Shown: positions 18,512-27,424, counted from the first letter of the stretch. The stretch is 58,016 bases of DNA from a virus (IMGVR_UViG_3300034101_000486:1-58016); one strand, 5' to 3'. Made by a program: numbers and translations. Notes: a model not told the origin generated them from the sequence alone.

Positions 18512-18940
18512 ATGAATACAGTAAACTTTTCCAGCATGACGACTCCTCAGTTGGTGTCGTTCTACAACCGCCATAGCACAACACCGGTCAAGCGCTTTAG
18601 TGACCGTAAAACCGCCGAGCGGCGTTGTGCTGAGGTCTTTGAGAGCTTGCTCTCCCCTGTACCTACTAGCAAAGTGATTAAACAAGTGGTTGATACCTCT
18701 ACCCGCCCCGTCATGAAGGACTCGCTCAAGCTCGACCGCACCATCATCTGCGTGAACACCGGCGACACGTGGAAGAACGCCTATCAGATGTGGCGCGACA
18801 ATCCTGACTGGATGACCAGCGCTCAGCAAGACCGCCTGACCGCACAGCTCTACGCCGCCGCTAAGGTCGGTGAGCAGAAGATTATTGAAATCAACGCCCG
18901 CAGCTTCATGCTCGTCAACATTAAAGGCGCAAAGAAATGA
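18512..18940 (+). CDS. Hypothetical protein (142 aa)
   Basis: ATG 18512 after GGAG; LVSFYN...VKRFSDRKTAERR N-terminal motif. Confidence 0.7.
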   Translation: MNTVNFSSMTTPQLVSFYNRHSTTPVKRFSDRKTAERRCAEVFESLLSPVPTSKVIKQVVDTSTRPVMKDSLKLDRTIICVNTGDTWKNAYQMWRDNPDWMTSAQQDRLTAQLYAAAKVGEQKIIEINARSFMLVNIKGAKK

Positions 18941-19161
18941 GCGACAACCAGCCGAAATTAGAAGGTGTCAAATGGTTCACGAGCAGTAAGGGTCTCGTGG
19001 GCATCGTGGCTGTCAGAATTGAGACCGGCGACATCAAGTTCTACATTGGTCCCGCTGATGGTTTTAATGAAGTGATCGACTCTAATCTGATCATGTCACA
19101 CGGAGCGCCCTTCCCTGAGGACGCAGGCTACGCATTGTTTATAAGAGAGGAATTGAAATGA
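18937..19161 (+). CDS. Hypothetical protein (74 aa)
   Basis: ATGA-coupled on both sides. Confidence 0.65.
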   Translation: MSDNQPKLEGVKWFTSSKGLVGIVAVRIETGDIKFYIGPADGFNEVIDSNLIMSHGAPFPEDAGYALFIREELK

Positions 19162-20114
19162 GTACGGTATTTCCTAACCTATCGCTCGACCGCAGCGTGG
19201 TCAAGTGGGAGCAACACCTCGGCACGCAGACGCCGTGGGAGAACCGCAAGGGGTTGTGGTTCAAACGCGAGGATTACTTCGCCCCGCTCGGCTATAGCGG
19301 TCCTAATGGCTCAAAGATGCGCCAGCTGATTTGGTACGTCAATCGCTTCCGCGAGGGCAAGACCCACATTGTCACCGGCGCGAGCATTCAGTCCCCGCAG
19401 CTGAGCATGAGCGCTATCGTCGGTGCGCATTACGGCTTACGCGCTCGGCAGATCGTCTATAGCAAGCCTGAGACTGTGTTGCGTCATGAGAACCCGCGCA
19501 TCGCTTACGGCTTTGATGCTGAGTTTGAGTTCGCCTCTGGTCCGTACAATCCTATCCTGCAGCGCAAGGTGGTTGACCTCACGCAGCCGACGTCTCTGGT
19601 CGTTGAGTACGGCATCACTGTGCCGCATGACCGCTACCCTGAGGAAGATGTGCGTAAGTTTCACGAGGTCGGCGCTCATCAGACAACTAACATTCCGCCT
19701 GAAGTCAAGCGCCTCATCGCTCCTGCTGGGTCTTGTAACTCGCTGACCAGCATCATGCTCGGTCTGAGCCGCGACTCGCACAACATTGATGAACTGTTCA
19801 CCATTGGTATCGGTCCAGACAAGCGCGGCTGGATGCGTCAGCGCCTTGCGTATATCGGCGTGGACATTGACAAGCTGCCGTTCAAGTGGAAACACTTTAG
19901 CCTGCATGACAGCGGCTACAGCAAGTATAGCGATCACTTCACCGGTGAGACTTTTGACGGCATCAGGTTCCACCCGACCTACGAGGCAAAGATGTGGCGT
20001 TGGTTGACACACCATAACCAGTTAGATTATGATGACCACACGGCGTTCTGGATCGTCGGCAGCGCCCCAGATACGAAGATTGTTGAACCTTTTTATACTA
20101 GGAAGCCCTCATGA
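19158..20114 (+). CDS. PLP-dependent enzyme (fold type II), putative decarboxylase acting on amino-acid-modified thymidine in DNA
   Basis: WFKREDY, NGSKMRQ (PLP lysine), PAGSCNS, HPTYEAK; context as in ViI/M6-type hypermodification clusters. Confidence 0.8.
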   Translation: MSTVFPNLSLDRSVVKWEQHLGTQTPWENRKGLWFKREDYFAPLGYSGPNGSKMRQLIWYVNRFREGKTHIVTGASIQSPQLSMSAIVGAHYGLRARQIVYSKPETVLRHENPRIAYGFDAEFEFASGPYNPILQRKVVDLTQPTSLVVEYGITVPHDRYPEEDVRKFHEVGAHQTTNIPPEVKRLIAPAGSCNSLTSIMLGLSRDSHNIDELFTIGIGPDKRGWMRQRLAYIGVDIDKLPFKWKHFSLHDSGYSKYSDHFTGETFDGIRFHPTYEAKMWRWLTHHNQLDYDDHTAFWIVGSAPDTKIVEPFYTRKPS

Positions 20115-21106
20115 AAGATTACCGCCTGCCGGAGAACCGCGCAGAGTACTTTACTGCGCTTTACAAGATGAACCTTGAGCACGGGGTCATGCCAGGACTC
20201 GTCTACTTGTACATGCCTGAAATCGCTCGCCGTTACGGGTGGAACGCTGAGCAGAAGCTCTGGTTCGCCTTCCTGAACGGCATGACGCAGAACCCAATCA
20301 CCTCGCTGCGGTTGTTTGATCAGCTACCCGTCACCCCTCCCGCTGGTGCCCAGCTGACACGCTTCACTGAATGGTTCAACGCCGAGTGGGATACGCTTCA
20401 GTTTGACACCGACCGCCGCTATCAGAAGCGCGACACCATTGAGGCTATCAAGACCTACGCTAAGTTGGTTGAGGAGTTCGGCTCTCAAGAGGCGATGCTG
20501 ACCGGTAAGACCTACGAGGAGTTGTGGGACCTCGTGCGTAACCGCTACTACAGCTTCGGTCGCCTGTCATCGTTCAGCTACCTCGAGTATGTCTACCTGA
20601 ACGGCTACGGCGCTGACTGTGATGACCTGCTGTTCAGTGACAAGTCGGGCAGCAAGTCACACCGCAACGGAATGCTGTTCCTGATTGGCAAAGACGAGTT
20701 GGTGTGGGACAAGCGCCTGCCTAACGGACAAGACGGCAACTACCCTAAATTCAATCTGATGTGCGGCTTCCTCGCTGCGGAGGCTGACAAGTTTGTTGAC
20801 ACCTTCAGAGCCGCGAACCCTGACGTGCCTAACACCGGTCGGTTCACTATGGAGTCAAACCTCTGCACGTTCAAGAATCATTTCTTCGGTCGTCGGTATC
20901 CAGGAGTCTACGCTGACATGGCGCAAGACCGTATTGAGTGGGCGGATGCGCGTGATCAGAGCGCCTATACCGAGGTGTTTAAAGATATGCGCTCTCAGCT
21001 GCTGCCGGAATGGTTGCGCCGCGAGTGTTCTGAGACGTCATTCAAGTTGGCGGGGGCGGTGTTCCCTGCGACCGGTTCACCCTACAGAGCGGAGCACTTT
21101 TTATGA
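20111..21106 (+). CDS. Amino acid:DNA transferase (aGPT-Pplase2/ADDT family)
   Basis: DYRLPENR start, KLWFAFLNG, HhH-like FGRLSSFSYLE, ESNLCTFK, RYPGVY. Confidence 0.75.
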   Translation: MKDYRLPENRAEYFTALYKMNLEHGVMPGLVYLYMPEIARRYGWNAEQKLWFAFLNGMTQNPITSLRLFDQLPVTPPAGAQLTRFTEWFNAEWDTLQFDTDRRYQKRDTIEAIKTYAKLVEEFGSQEAMLTGKTYEELWDLVRNRYYSFGRLSSFSYLEYVYLNGYGADCDDLLFSDKSGSKSHRNGMLFLIGKDELVWDKRLPNGQDGNYPKFNLMCGFLAAEADKFVDTFRAANPDVPNTGRFTMESNLCTFKNHFFGRRYPGVYADMAQDRIEWADARDQSAYTEVFKDMRSQLLPEWLRRECSETSFKLAGAVFPATGSPYRAEHFL

Positions 21107-21678
21107 ACGTCATACTACGTATTGCCGGCACGTTCGGCTCGGGCAAGACCACCGCCATGCGCGACTTCTTCAACTACCCGCACACAGTTTTGATGAGCGG
21201 TAAAAAGATCGCTGGCTACAAAGTTGACGCCAGCGCTGCCGGAATCACGCAGCCGATCTTTGTGGTTGGTAAGTATGACAACACTTGCGGCGGCACAGAC
21301 GCTATCAAGACACAGGCTGAGATTGCCGAGAAGATCCTGAAAGCACACCCCCATGGCCATGTGTTATACGAAGGCGCTTTGGTGTCTGCGAGCGGACTCG
21401 CCGGTCAGGTGACGCAAGCCATTCACCCCACCGGCTGCGACGTGTACGCATTCCTAGACACGCCGCAAGACCTCTGCGTTGAGCGCGTTAAGGGTCGTCG
21501 CCTCGCCGCTGGCAACGACAAAGAGTTCGACCCGAAGAACCTGATTGACAAGTTTGAGTCGGTCGTGAACTGTTATAAAAACCTGCGCAATGAAGGTTCG
21601 TATGACGTCCGTCGTATTGATCACACTGACCCGCACCCTCAGCTAGTAGAAATCATAAAGGAATATGAAAATGCGTGA
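21103..21678 (+). CDS. P-loop kinase, putative 5-hmdU DNA kinase
   Basis: IAGTFGSGKTT, VGKY..TCGGTD, LYEG, FLDTP..LC.ERV..RR; embedded in modification operon. Confidence 0.8.
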   Translation: MNVILRIAGTFGSGKTTAMRDFFNYPHTVLMSGKKIAGYKVDASAAGITQPIFVVGKYDNTCGGTDAIKTQAEIAEKILKAHPHGHVLYEGALVSASGLAGQVTQAIHPTGCDVYAFLDTPQDLCVERVKGRRLAAGNDKEFDPKNLIDKFESVVNCYKNLRNEGSYDVRRIDHTDPHPQLVEIIKEYENA

Positions 21679-22591
21679 TGAATGCCCGTACCCGATGCCG
21701 ACCGCCGAGACTGTGTGCTCGATGGAAGGTCTACTTTACTTCATCTGGGAGCGTGAGGCAATCCGTATCGCTCGCGAAAACGGTCACAGCGCTCCGTGGA
21801 CTAAAGACCCCGTGCTCGCTAAGTACAAGTTTACCAACATCCACCGCAGCGACGACCGCGTCTCGCAGTGGGTCATTGATAAGTTTATAGAACCCGCAGC
21901 GGCTAACGGAGATGAAGACCTGTGGTTCACGCTCTTGATCGCTCGCCTGATCAACTGGCCACCCACGCTACAGGCGCTCATCAACAAGGGTGTCATCCCC
22001 TGCAAACCTGAGAGCTTTGACGCTGACATGTTTGAGCACACGCTTGAGCGCCTGAAGAACGACGGCAAGAAGGTCTACTCCGGCGCGTACATGCTCTACC
22101 CGACTAAGATGGAGCCAGGAGGCAACAAGTCCAAGGCGGTGGCAAAGTACATCATCGGCAGCGCTATTGAGAACGCTGACAATATTCGCGCCGCGCTGTG
22201 GGTGAACGAGAACGGCATGTCTATTGAGAAGTTTGTCGCTGAGTTGAGCAAGTGCTTCGGCATCAGCACCTTCATAGCCGGTCAGGTGGCTGCTGATTTG
22301 ACCTACACCGGCATGGACGTTGAGGACTTGTTCACGTACGCGCCTATCGGTCCTGGCAGTTCACGCGGTCTGAATTACCTGCTGGGTAAAGCGCCGTTCG
22401 CCACGTGGAAGCAGAAAGAGTTCAACGCCGAACTGAGTAACATCTTCAGTCAGATCATTGAGCAGCTAGAGATTGTTGACATGACGCTGCACGATGTGCA
22501 GAACTGTATGTGTGAGTTCAGCAAATACTGCCGCGCCGTCCTCGGCGAAGGTAAACCTAAAACAACTTATCAACCAGAAACGGAGTTCTAA
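21665..22591 (+). CDS. aGPT-Pplase1 family protein (alpha-glutamyl/putrescinyl thymine pyrophosphorylase clade 1)
   Basis: ERE.IR...PWT.DPVL..YKFTN..R.DDRVS, GAY, GQV.ADL, GPGS.RGL, DVQNCMCEFSKY. Confidence 0.85.
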   Translation: MKMRDECPYPMPTAETVCSMEGLLYFIWEREAIRIARENGHSAPWTKDPVLAKYKFTNIHRSDDRVSQWVIDKFIEPAAANGDEDLWFTLLIARLINWPPTLQALINKGVIPCKPESFDADMFEHTLERLKNDGKKVYSGAYMLYPTKMEPGGNKSKAVAKYIIGSAIENADNIRAALWVNENGMSIEKFVAELSKCFGISTFIAGQVAADLTYTGMDVEDLFTYAPIGPGSSRGLNYLLGKAPFATWKQKEFNAELSNIFSQIIEQLEIVDMTLHDVQNCMCEFSKYCRAVLGEGKPKTTYQPETEF

Positions 22592-22592
22592 A

Positions 22593-23630
22593 ATGGAGTT
22601 AGTCGTACGCAACGTCAATCAGGCTTTCAGCGAGATATTCTGGAAGCTCAAAGTGCTCAACCTACAACCTGAGCAGACCCGAAATGGTCCCGCTATCGTG
22701 TACCCTGAGATGGTGACCACGGTCTATAAGTGCCCGTCAGAGCGCGTGCTGTTCCACAAAGGGCGCGACGCTAACCCGATCTTTCACCTGATGGAGTCGA
22801 TCTGGATGCTCGCCGGACGTAACGATGTTGCGTTCCTGCAACAGTTCAACCGGCGCATGGTGGAGTTCAGCGACGACGGCAAGACATTCAACGCCGCCTA
22901 CGGCTACCGCTGGCGTAAGCACTTCGGTCATGACCAGCTTGACGAAGTCATCAAGACCCTGCGCCGCGACCCTGCCAGCCGTCAAGCCGTGGTGCAGATC
23001 TGGGACGACGCTGATTTGAACAAGAAGACCAAGGACAAGGCGTGCAACATGCAGGTCATCTTTGATACACGCGGCGGTCGCCTGAACATGACCGTAATCA
23101 ACCGGTCTAACGATATCTGGTGGGGTGCGTACGGCGCGAACGCTGTGCACTTTAGTTTCCTGCAGGAGTTCGTTGCCGCTGCGATAGCGTACAGAATCGG
23201 CGTGTACCGTCAGGTGAGTAATAATTTCCACTTATACACAGAACTTTATAACGCGAAAGATTACTTAGTCATGCCGCCCGATGCGAGCAACTACGACCAT
23301 TACTCCAACGGCGCAGTGCGCCCACTGCCTATCATGTTGAACGGCGAGTACAAACTGTTCCTAGCTGAATGTGAGATGTTCTGTCACGACCCGTACAACG
23401 AGCGGATTCACTATGCTAACCCGTTCTTTGAGCACGTGGCTCGCCCTATGGCTATGATCAGTCGTGTGCGCAAGATTCACGCGGGTGACGGACGTAGCTA
23501 CGCCGCTAAGATCCGCGCCGAGGACTGGCGTCGCGCCGCGTTTGAGTGGATTGACCGCCGTGACCACGCACGCAAGATCAAAGAGGAAGATGACGAGATA
23601 AATGAGTTTAGAAAGGCTGAGAAAAAATAA
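22593..23630 (+). CDS. Thymidylate synthase homolog, putative dUMP hydroxymethylase
   Basis: TRNG, ANPIFHL.ES.W.L.GRND, AYG.RW, SRQAV, KDKACN (catalytic Cys), RSNDIWWGAYGAN with Asn suggesting dUMP rather than dCMP; start at ATG 22593. Confidence 0.85.
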   Translation: MELVVRNVNQAFSEIFWKLKVLNLQPEQTRNGPAIVYPEMVTTVYKCPSERVLFHKGRDANPIFHLMESIWMLAGRNDVAFLQQFNRRMVEFSDDGKTFNAAYGYRWRKHFGHDQLDEVIKTLRRDPASRQAVVQIWDDADLNKKTKDKACNMQVIFDTRGGRLNMTVINRSNDIWWGAYGANAVHFSFLQEFVAAAIAYRIGVYRQVSNNFHLYTELYNAKDYLVMPPDASNYDHYSNGAVRPLPIMLNGEYKLFLAECEMFCHDPYNERIHYANPFFEHVARPMAMISRVRKIHAGDGRSYAAKIRAEDWRRAAFEWIDRRDHARKIKEEDDEINEFRKAEKK

Positions 23631-23631
23631 C

Positions 23632-23670
23632 TTGCCTTGTGCGAGAAATGTGAGCTATAATTGCTCACAT
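23632..23670 (+). promoter_or_regulatory. Promoter TTGCCT-N18-TATAAT with -10 inside an 8-bp inverted repeat
   Basis: ATGTGAGC-TATAATT-GCTCACAT at 23648-23670. Confidence 0.7.
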
Positions 23671-23695
23671 AACTGCTAACTGGAGAACTTTTACT

Positions 23696-24184
23696 GTGAA
23701 ACATACTCTTGATTTTATTCTGGCTGGAAGCGAAGTAAAGCGCTATCACACCGTAACGACGCTGGTGTCCGAGACTGTCGGTCATCACTCGCACGGCGTG
23801 GCTATGCTGTGCTTGCTCTTTGACCCTATGGCGAGCCGTCAACTGCTGATGGCTGCGATGTTTCACGACCTCGCGGAACACCAAACCGGTGACATACCCT
23901 CGCCGGCAAAACGCGAGTTCGGCATCGGTGGCAAGGTTGATGAGTTAGAACAGCGCCTCATGTACGCTGCCGGAATCGTCATGCCCCAACTCTCCGCTGA
24001 AGACAAGCGCACCCTCAAGCTCGCCGACGTGGCTCAAGGGGCGCTGTTCTGTGCGCGGGAAATCTCACTCGGTAACAAACGCATGCGCCGCGTCTTTGAC
24101 CGCTACATCAGCTACGCGGAAGAGCTGATTCTGGTCGGTCGCGAGCGCGAAATCTTCAACATGATTAAGGACTACGCAGCATGA
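23696..24184 (+). CDS. HD-domain deoxynucleotide phosphohydrolase (YfbR-like)
   Basis: VKRY, ETVGHHS, FHDLAE..TGDIPSP.K, LKLAD. Confidence 0.85.
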   Translation: MKHTLDFILAGSEVKRYHTVTTLVSETVGHHSHGVAMLCLLFDPMASRQLLMAAMFHDLAEHQTGDIPSPAKREFGIGGKVDELEQRLMYAAGIVMPQLSAEDKRTLKLADVAQGALFCAREISLGNKRMRRVFDRYISYAEELILVGREREIFNMIKDYAA

Positions 24185-24450
24185 GCGCGAATGATAAACA
24201 GATTGGCGGTAGCCATTACAAGCACGGCGGCGAGGAACACTGGGACCGCGTCAATCGCTTAGGCTTGAACTACTTTCAAGGCGCGGCTACAAAGTACGTT
24301 GAGCGTTGCTACCTGAAAGGTAACACTGTTCAAGACTTGCAGAAAGCCGTTCACTTCCTTGAGAAGTTGATCGAGATCGAGCAGCGTAAGGCTGATGCGT
24401 CTTGCGGTGACGGCAGTGAGCCGACCCGTGGTTATGTCAATCAAGACTGA
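24181..24450 (+). CDS. DUF3310 (SaV-like / T7 gp1.7-related) protein, possible nucleotide kinase
   Basis: QIGGSHYK...G..TKYVER...KG..QDLQKA.HFLE. Confidence 0.8.
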   Translation: MSANDKQIGGSHYKHGGEEHWDRVNRLGLNYFQGAATKYVERCYLKGNTVQDLQKAVHFLEKLIEIEQRKADASCGDGSEPTRGYVNQD

Positions 24451-26293
24451 AATGGGCACTTGGGTGTTTGATACTGAAACTCTGCCCAACCGGACTTTGT
24501 TCTGCGCAAAGAACATTGAGACGGGCGAGTGGTTTGACCTGTGGCGTCATGATGACGACGCACCGGCTCGGCTCACGCGCTTTGTGCAGCAGTCGGACAG
24601 TACCTTCATCGGGTTCAACAGCAAGTCATTTGACAACGCGGTGGTGGCGGCGTTCTGCCTCGGCAGGACTGAGATTGAGATCAAGCGTATTGCCGATGAC
24701 ATCATCACGAACCGCCTGTCGCCGTGGAATGCTATGCGCAAGCACAATTTGCGTGACATCATTCTTGACGACATTGACTTGATTGAGGTCGCCCCGTCGT
24801 TCGTAGGTCTGAAAGCCTACGGCGCTCGCATGCATATGCCCAAGCTGCAAGACATGCCGATCGTTCACGACGAGATGATCACCCCTGATCAAGAGCCGAT
24901 GCTGCTCGAGTACTGCCACAACGACGTTGACACCACCGCCGAGCTGTTGAATCAGCTTGAGGGTGAGTTGTTGCTGCGTGTTGAGATGAGCCGCCGTTAC
25001 GGAGCTGACATGCGTAGCAAGTCGGACTCTCAAATGGCTGAGCAGGCGTACATCACCAGCATGGGTCTCAAGCGTCAAGACAATGAGATCCCGAAGACTG
25101 TCAGATATACGCCTCCGGCATTCCTGAAGTTTATGGATGCCGAGCTACAGGCTCTGCTTGATCGCGTCTCTGAGCACGTGTTCAATATGAATCAGGTGAC
25201 TGGGCACGTTCAACTGCCGGACTTCCTCGGCTTGAAAACAATCAAGTTTGGTTCAGGTGAGTACCAGCTCGGCGTGGGCGGCATTCATAGCGTGCATGAC
25301 AAGCAGGTGTGTCACCTCGCCGGTGATGATCACATGTGCGACATTGACGCGGCTTCGTTCTACCCGAGTATTATTCTTGAGTGCGGGTTTGTACCCGCCG
25401 CGCTCGGTAAGCGCTTCGTCGAGGAGTACCGCAAGATTTACGAGCGCCGCCTTGAGGCTAAGCGCACGGGCGATAAGATCACCGACGCCACGCTGAAGAT
25501 CTCACTGAACGGCACGTTCGGCAAGCTCGCCAGTCGTTACTCAGTGTTGTACTCGCCAGACTTGATGTTGGCGGTGACGCTGACCGGACAGTTCACCCTG
25601 CTCATGTTGATTGAGTGGCTTGAGCGAGCAGGGGCGGTCACCCTGTCAGCTAACACTGACGGTATTGCGATTCGTTACACTAAGGAGCAGAAAGAGCTAG
25701 TTGAAAAGGTGGTCAACAAATTTAGCGAGATTTCAGGCTTTGTGTTTGAGTACACGCCGTACCGCGTCCTCGCTATGAAAGACGTCAACAATTACATCGC
25801 GATCAAACCCGATCGCAAACTCAAAGTGAAAGGCATCTATGCGCCGCTCTCTCTTAAGAAAAACCCAACGGCTCAGGTATCGTCAGATGCTGTGGGGGCG
25901 TGGTTGGCAGGCGGTACTCCGTTTGAAGAGACGATTAAGTCTGCTCCGTTCACGCACTTTATCAGTGCCCGAAATGTTACCGGCGGCGGTCAGCAGAACG
26001 GCGTTTACCTTGGCAAAGTCGTACGGTGGTATCAATCAACGGACGCTAGCAATGAACCTATCAAGTACGCTACGAACGGTAACAAGGTTCCAAAGACCGA
26101 AGGCGCTAAGGCGTGCATGACGATGCTTGACAAAATAACTCATCCGGTTGATCTTGACTATGACTGGTATAACAAAGAGGCGATAAAAATCGCCATCGCG
26201 GTTGGCTGCGCACAGTATCTCACTCCGGAGCAACTTGCTCTTGTGGCACCGCCACCTAAAAAATCTAGGAAAGTTAAAAATGCAACACGGTAA
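24434..26293 (+). CDS. Family B DNA polymerase with 3'-5' exonuclease
   Basis: Exo FDTET, GFNS..FD, YC.ND; Pol DAASFYPS, K.SLNGTFGK, NTDG; start at ATG 24434 or 24452. Confidence 0.9.
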   Translation: MSIKTEMGTWVFDTETLPNRTLFCAKNIETGEWFDLWRHDDDAPARLTRFVQQSDSTFIGFNSKSFDNAVVAAFCLGRTEIEIKRIADDIITNRLSPWNAMRKHNLRDIILDDIDLIEVAPSFVGLKAYGARMHMPKLQDMPIVHDEMITPDQEPMLLEYCHNDVDTTAELLNQLEGELLLRVEMSRRYGADMRSKSDSQMAEQAYITSMGLKRQDNEIPKTVRYTPPAFLKFMDAELQALLDRVSEHVFNMNQVTGHVQLPDFLGLKTIKFGSGEYQLGVGGIHSVHDKQVCHLAGDDHMCDIDAASFYPSIILECGFVPAALGKRFVEEYRKIYERRLEAKRTGDKITDATLKISLNGTFGKLASRYSVLYSPDLMLAVTLTGQFTLLMLIEWLERAGAVTLSANTDGIAIRYTKEQKELVEKVVNKFSEISGFVFEYTPYRVLAMKDVNNYIAIKPDRKLKVKGIYAPLSLKKNPTAQVSSDAVGAWLAGGTPFEETIKSAPFTHFISARNVTGGGQQNGVYLGKVVRWYQSTDASNEPIKYATNGNKVPKTEGAKACMTMLDKITHPVDLDYDWYNKEAIKIAIAVGCAQYLTPEQLALVAPPPKKSRKVKNATR

Positions 26294-26639
26294 TCAACGC
26301 ACAGTCTACGTAGTACAAGTGGACAACAAGAAAGACCTATCCGACGCGAAGCAATATGGCTCGCTGCGGGCGGTGTTCGGCAACCCACGCAAGCCTTACG
26401 ATACCGTAGGCATGCTGGCTAAGGCGCGTCGCGTCTTGAAAGATTGGGAATCAGGTGACTACCTGCTGATGATTGGCGACCCCACGCTCTGCGCGGTGTG
26501 TATGTCAGTCGCTAGCGAAAACAACGACATCATCAACATCTTGAGCTGGGATCGGGACTCGTTCTCGTACATGCCTCAGCGATGGGACTTCGGTCAGATG
26601 GGTCTGGATTATGACGATTTTGAAACAGCGGAAGACTAA
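26280..26639 (+). CDS. Conserved hypothetical protein (119 aa)
   Basis: ATG 26280; VYVVQ...DYLLMIGDP...LSWDR. Confidence 0.7.
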   Translation: MQHGNQRTVYVVQVDNKKDLSDAKQYGSLRAVFGNPRKPYDTVGMLAKARRVLKDWESGDYLLMIGDPTLCAVCMSVASENNDIINILSWDRDSFSYMPQRWDFGQMGLDYDDFETAED

Positions 26640-26667
26640 CCGCTCAAAACCACGAAAGGAGAACAAA

Positions 26668-27408
26668 ATGTCAAACTGGCAAGATGCCTTGAGAAAAGGT
26701 AAACAAGATGTACCGCCCCGTATTTGTATCTACGGGGGTCACGGTATTGGTAAGTCCACCTTGGCTAGCAAGTTCCCAGCGCCGATTTTTATCAGCACTG
26801 AGGACGGGCTAGACTCGTTGGATGTAACGAGCTTCCCGCGTGCAACCAAGGTTGAGGACGTGGTCGACAACATCAAGACCCTCATCAAAGAGGAGCATGA
26901 GTTCAAGACTGTCGTCATCGACTCGGTTGATTGGCTCATTGAGCCGCTCATCGTGAGCAACGTGGAGTCCTCGCATGATGCTAAAGACCTTGCCTATGGC
27001 AAAGGTCAGATGCTCGTCGCTGAGGAGTTCCGCGAGATCCTGCAGGGGTTGGACGTGCTGCGCGTAAAGCGTCGTATGAACATCGTGCTGATCGCTCACG
27101 CTGCCGTGGTGAAGTTTGAAGACCCCCGCACCGAGCCTTATGACCGCTACCAGCCGAAGCTGCCTAACCGCTGCAACGCGCTGCTGCAGGAGTGGGCTGA
27201 CGTGCTTGCGTTTGCCGCGTTCAAGGTGATCATTCGCAAGTCTGACTCCGGTTTCAATAACCAGAAGACCCGTGGTGTAACGACAGGTGAGCGCTTGCTT
27301 CACTTTGTTGAGAACCCCGCGTTTGCTGCAAAGAACCGCTACACCTGTCCCGAAGAGGTCGAGATGACAATCGAAAACCTCGAGAAACTTATCCCCATCG
27401 CTAAATAA
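26668..27408 (+). CDS. Sak4-like ssDNA-annealing ATPase (AAA_24)
   Basis: IYGGHGIGKST, TEDG, VIDSVDW, IAH, AKNR; followed by SSB. Confidence 0.85.
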   Translation: MSNWQDALRKGKQDVPPRICIYGGHGIGKSTLASKFPAPIFISTEDGLDSLDVTSFPRATKVEDVVDNIKTLIKEEHEFKTVVIDSVDWLIEPLIVSNVESSHDAKDLAYGKGQMLVAEEFREILQGLDVLRVKRRMNIVLIAHAAVVKFEDPRTEPYDRYQPKLPNRCNALLQEWADVLAFAAFKVIIRKSDSGFNNQKTRGVTTGERLLHFVENPAFAAKNRYTCPEEVEMTIENLEKLIPIAK

Positions 27409-27424
27409 CTGAAGGAGCATTAAC

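Noticed and set aside
19158-20114. ACC deaminase / D-cysteine desulfhydrase auxiliary metabolic gene
   Set aside because: Same fold, but translational coupling to the DNA transferase and kinase points to DNA base tailoring.
22593-23630. dCMP hydroxymethylase (T4-like hmC) or ordinary ThyA
   Set aside because: Specificity position appears to be Asn, no glycosyltransferase is present, and neighbours are hmdU-pathway families; ordinary ThyA is not formally excluded without assay.
23696-24184. DatZ of a 2-aminoadenine (Z-genome) pathway
   Set aside because: No PurZ/adenylosuccinate-synthetase homolog in the window; context is thymidine modification.
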